Positions 16,357-18,250 of a DNA stretch of 18,250 bases are shown piece after piece. The notes under the pieces are model-generated. The model was not told where the DNA came from, searched no databases, and worked only from the letters and a program-made list of their open reading frames with translations. Source of the stretch: Promethearchaeota archaeon (GTDB lineage: Archaea; Asgardarchaeota; Thorarchaeia; Thorarchaeales; Thorarchaeaceae); assembly GCA_027031765.1 (NCBI GenBank), contig JALVPN010000115.1, positions 1 to 18,250 of the forward strand, written 5' to 3'. The translations under genes and the position numbers were made by a program. Each line of letters starts with the position of its first letter. Within the stretch, counting starts at the first letter, position 1.

Positions 16357-16919
16357 GGCTGCTGCCTTTCAATCTGTCGGTCTCCCGGGTCTCTCCGTCC
16401 TGCGGAGGCGTGGTGTGCCGTGACGAGTCCTCTAGGGACGGTTGTCCATGAGTACAGGCAGCTTGGCTGGTGACCGGCATTCCGGTGATGTCCCATGGGG
16501 CACTGTGCCGACACACCAGGGACGTGGACTGGTCATCCCGGATGCAATCATGGACACTGGGGCCACGTATCGTGGGGTGCCTGTCACTGGAGGCCTGTCT
16601 GGTCTATCATGGACCAGGCGGACACCAACATCCGGCCCATCCTCATTGACCTCCCACGGTTTCGTCTGTCCCATCTGGACTCACGGGGCCCCATCTCGAG
16701 GGCCTGTCGGTGCAGGTACTGTGTCGTGGCTCGGCCCGCGTCCGTTGGGCTGCCAACGTACACCATGCGTCGGACCGGGTGGAGTGCCCCTATGTCGGTT
16801 GGCAGCACAGCAGTCGTCGGTTGCCCCAGTGGCAACAACGGCCAAGAAGACTATTATCCTCTAGCACCGGTAGTGCTTTTCGACACAGGTGTGTTTCGGC
16901 ACACACGAGAGTGACCAGA

Positions 16920-17561
16920 ATGGAACCTGAGGGACTACTCCCACTCACAGAGCCGCTACTAGAAAAGGCGGTGGAGGTATACACGAGGGCTTTCTGGAGC
17001 GACCCTCTTACGATGTACTTCTTCACCAGTGAGGAACAGAGGCGTCGACTGCTGCCCCTCTTTGCCGAGTACAGGCTGAGGTACGGAATGCGCTATGCCC
17101 ATGTGTTCACAACATCAGAAGACGTTGAGGGCATCGCCGTGTGGACGCACTCTGACAGTGACAAGGGCAGCCTGCTGAGGAGCTTCAGGACGGGCGGTCT
17201 CAGGCTGATCCGTGCATGTGGTCTCTCATTGACGAAGAAGATGCTGAGGGTGCAGGAGTTCACTGAGGAGAACCGGGCGAGGTACGCGGAGCTACCGTAC
17301 ATGCACCTCAGTTCTTTTGCTGTCGACCCCGAGCACCAGGGAAAGGGGGTTGCCAGCAGGCTCGTGCGGCCAGTGCTGGCCCATCTTGATGCCAACAGTA
17401 TCTACGGTTATCTTGAGACCCAGAGCGAGCGGAACGTGTCCATATACAGGCACTATGGCTTTGAGGTCTTGGCGGAGGTTACCCTGCTCGACACTGACAT
17501 CCCGCACTGGGACATGATACGTCGCCCACGCCAGCCGTCTGGTGGTGACGCCCCGTCCTGA
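16920..17561 (+). CDS. GNAT family N-acetyltransferase
   Basis: RAFWSDP at the N-terminus, motif A HLSSFAVDPEHQGKGVASRL, and YLET...NVSIYRHYGFEV. ATG 16920 is preferred because the upstream extension to 16710 is not protein-like. Confidence 0.9.
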   Translation: MEPEGLLPLTEPLLEKAVEVYTRAFWSDPLTMYFFTSEEQRRRLLPLFAEYRLRYGMRYAHVFTTSEDVEGIAVWTHSDSDKGSLLRSFRTGGLRLIRACGLSLTKKMLRVQEFTEENRARYAELPYMHLSSFAVDPEHQGKGVASRLVRPVLAHLDANSIYGYLETQSERNVSIYRHYGFEVLAEVTLLDTDIPHWDMIRRPRQPSGGDAPS

Positions 17562-17725
17562 CAGGTGGGCGCAGCGTGAGGGTACGTCAGGGCTGGACAT
17601 CATGTACGCACTTGGACTCACAGGGCCCGTGGTTGGCAGAGAGGTCACGGGTCCGGGGCATACAACACCACATGCCCCCAAGCTGCTCCTGTCAGCAGCC
17701 CTCCGCTGCCCGGTGCGCACACATG

Positions 17726-17733
17726 TTTATAAG
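17726..17733 (+). promoter_or_regulatory. TATA box upstream of ssb
   Basis: TTTATAAG is the best match to the archaeal TATA consensus in the window and lies between GNAT and ssb. Confidence 0.55.
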
Positions 17734-17869
17734 CATCGAGCTGGCAGAACACACAGGTCGACCCATCAAGCAGGGGGACGTGGGATGTTTCCCGGTGACA
17801 TATGGTCGCGGGCTCATTCCGTATCCGACTCTGCTTCTTGAGTCCGCCAGTCAACCAACGTGATCCAAG

Positions 17870-18250
17870 ATGACTTACGAGAGAGAGCCAGTTGTGGCTA
17901 CGGTTTCTGAGCTCAGGCCCAGGATGAAGAACATCACAATCGAGTTTAGAGTGATTGACAAGGGCGAGGTGCGTGAGGTGACCTCGCGGCAGGACGGTGA
18001 GAGCCACCGTGTGTGTGATGCCGTGGTCGCCGATGCTACCGGTTGTGTCGTCATGCCACTGTGGGATGACAACATCGAGTCAATTGAGGTCGACAAGACC
18101 TACCGCCTAGAGAACGGCTACACCGGCCTTTTCCAGAGGCACCTGCGGCTGAACATCGGTCGCTACGGTGTCATCAGAGAGGCCGACACCGAGATTGAGG
18201 AGGTCGACACAGACCTCGACATGTCTGCTGCCGAACACGAACGTCCACAC
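17870..18250 (+). CDS. ssb: Single-stranded DNA-binding protein, single OB-fold crenarchaeal type (runs off the 3' edge)
   Basis: Not in the ORF track because there is no stop in the window. Manual translation: MTYEREPVVATVSELRPRMKNITIEFRVIDKGEVREVTSRQDGESHRVCDAVVADATGCVVMPLWDDNIESIEVDKTYRLENGYTGLFQRHLRLNIGRYG..., matching the Sulfolobus-type SSB pattern (v.DeTG...tLW...ienay...f.g.l.Ln.Gkyg). Confidence 0.88.
   Translation, partial: MTYEREPVVATVSELRPRMKNITIEFRVIDKGEVREVTSRQDGESHRVCDAVVADATGCVVMPLWDDNIESIEVDKTYRLENGYTGLFQRHLRLNIGRYGVIREADTEIEEVDTDLDMSAAEHERPH

Noticed and set aside
16863-16904. Short inverted repeats upstream of GNAT (AGCAC/GTGCT; GTGTGT-TTCG-GCACAC)
   Set aside because: The stems are 5-6 bp and are not repeated elsewhere in the window, so an operator or RNA element cannot be supported.

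Overview
GC-rich archaeal window, probably from an Asgard (Thorarchaeia/Lokiarchaeia-like) genome. That taxonomy is inferred from the gene set and the SECIS shape. Positions 1-5140 hold the 3' part of a translationally coupled heterodisulfide reductase/[NiFe]-hydrogenase operon: hdrB (partial), hdrA, mvhD, a small winged-helix gene, mvhG and a C-terminally truncated mvhA (vhuA). The missing C-terminus is encoded by a separate 50-codon gene at 4907-5059 that the ORF track misses. It has an in-frame TGA at the Ni-ligand position (RCYDC-U-LSCGAH), so it is a VhuU-type selenopeptide. Its own stop codon forms the AUGA core of a eukaryote-like SECIS hairpin. Next come a WD40 protein, DDAH and an orphan 7TM histidine kinase. 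Two tandem cell-surface proteins follow, each with an FG-GAP beta-propeller, Asp-rich TSP3-like Ca-binding repeats and a single TM helix. The first is interrupted by one in-frame TAG and has a long helical cytoplasmic tail with a MIT-like motif. The window ends with a small membrane protein, a GNAT acetyltransferase and a crenarchaeal-type SSB (partial). I found no tRNA, rRNA, CRISPR array or mobile element.
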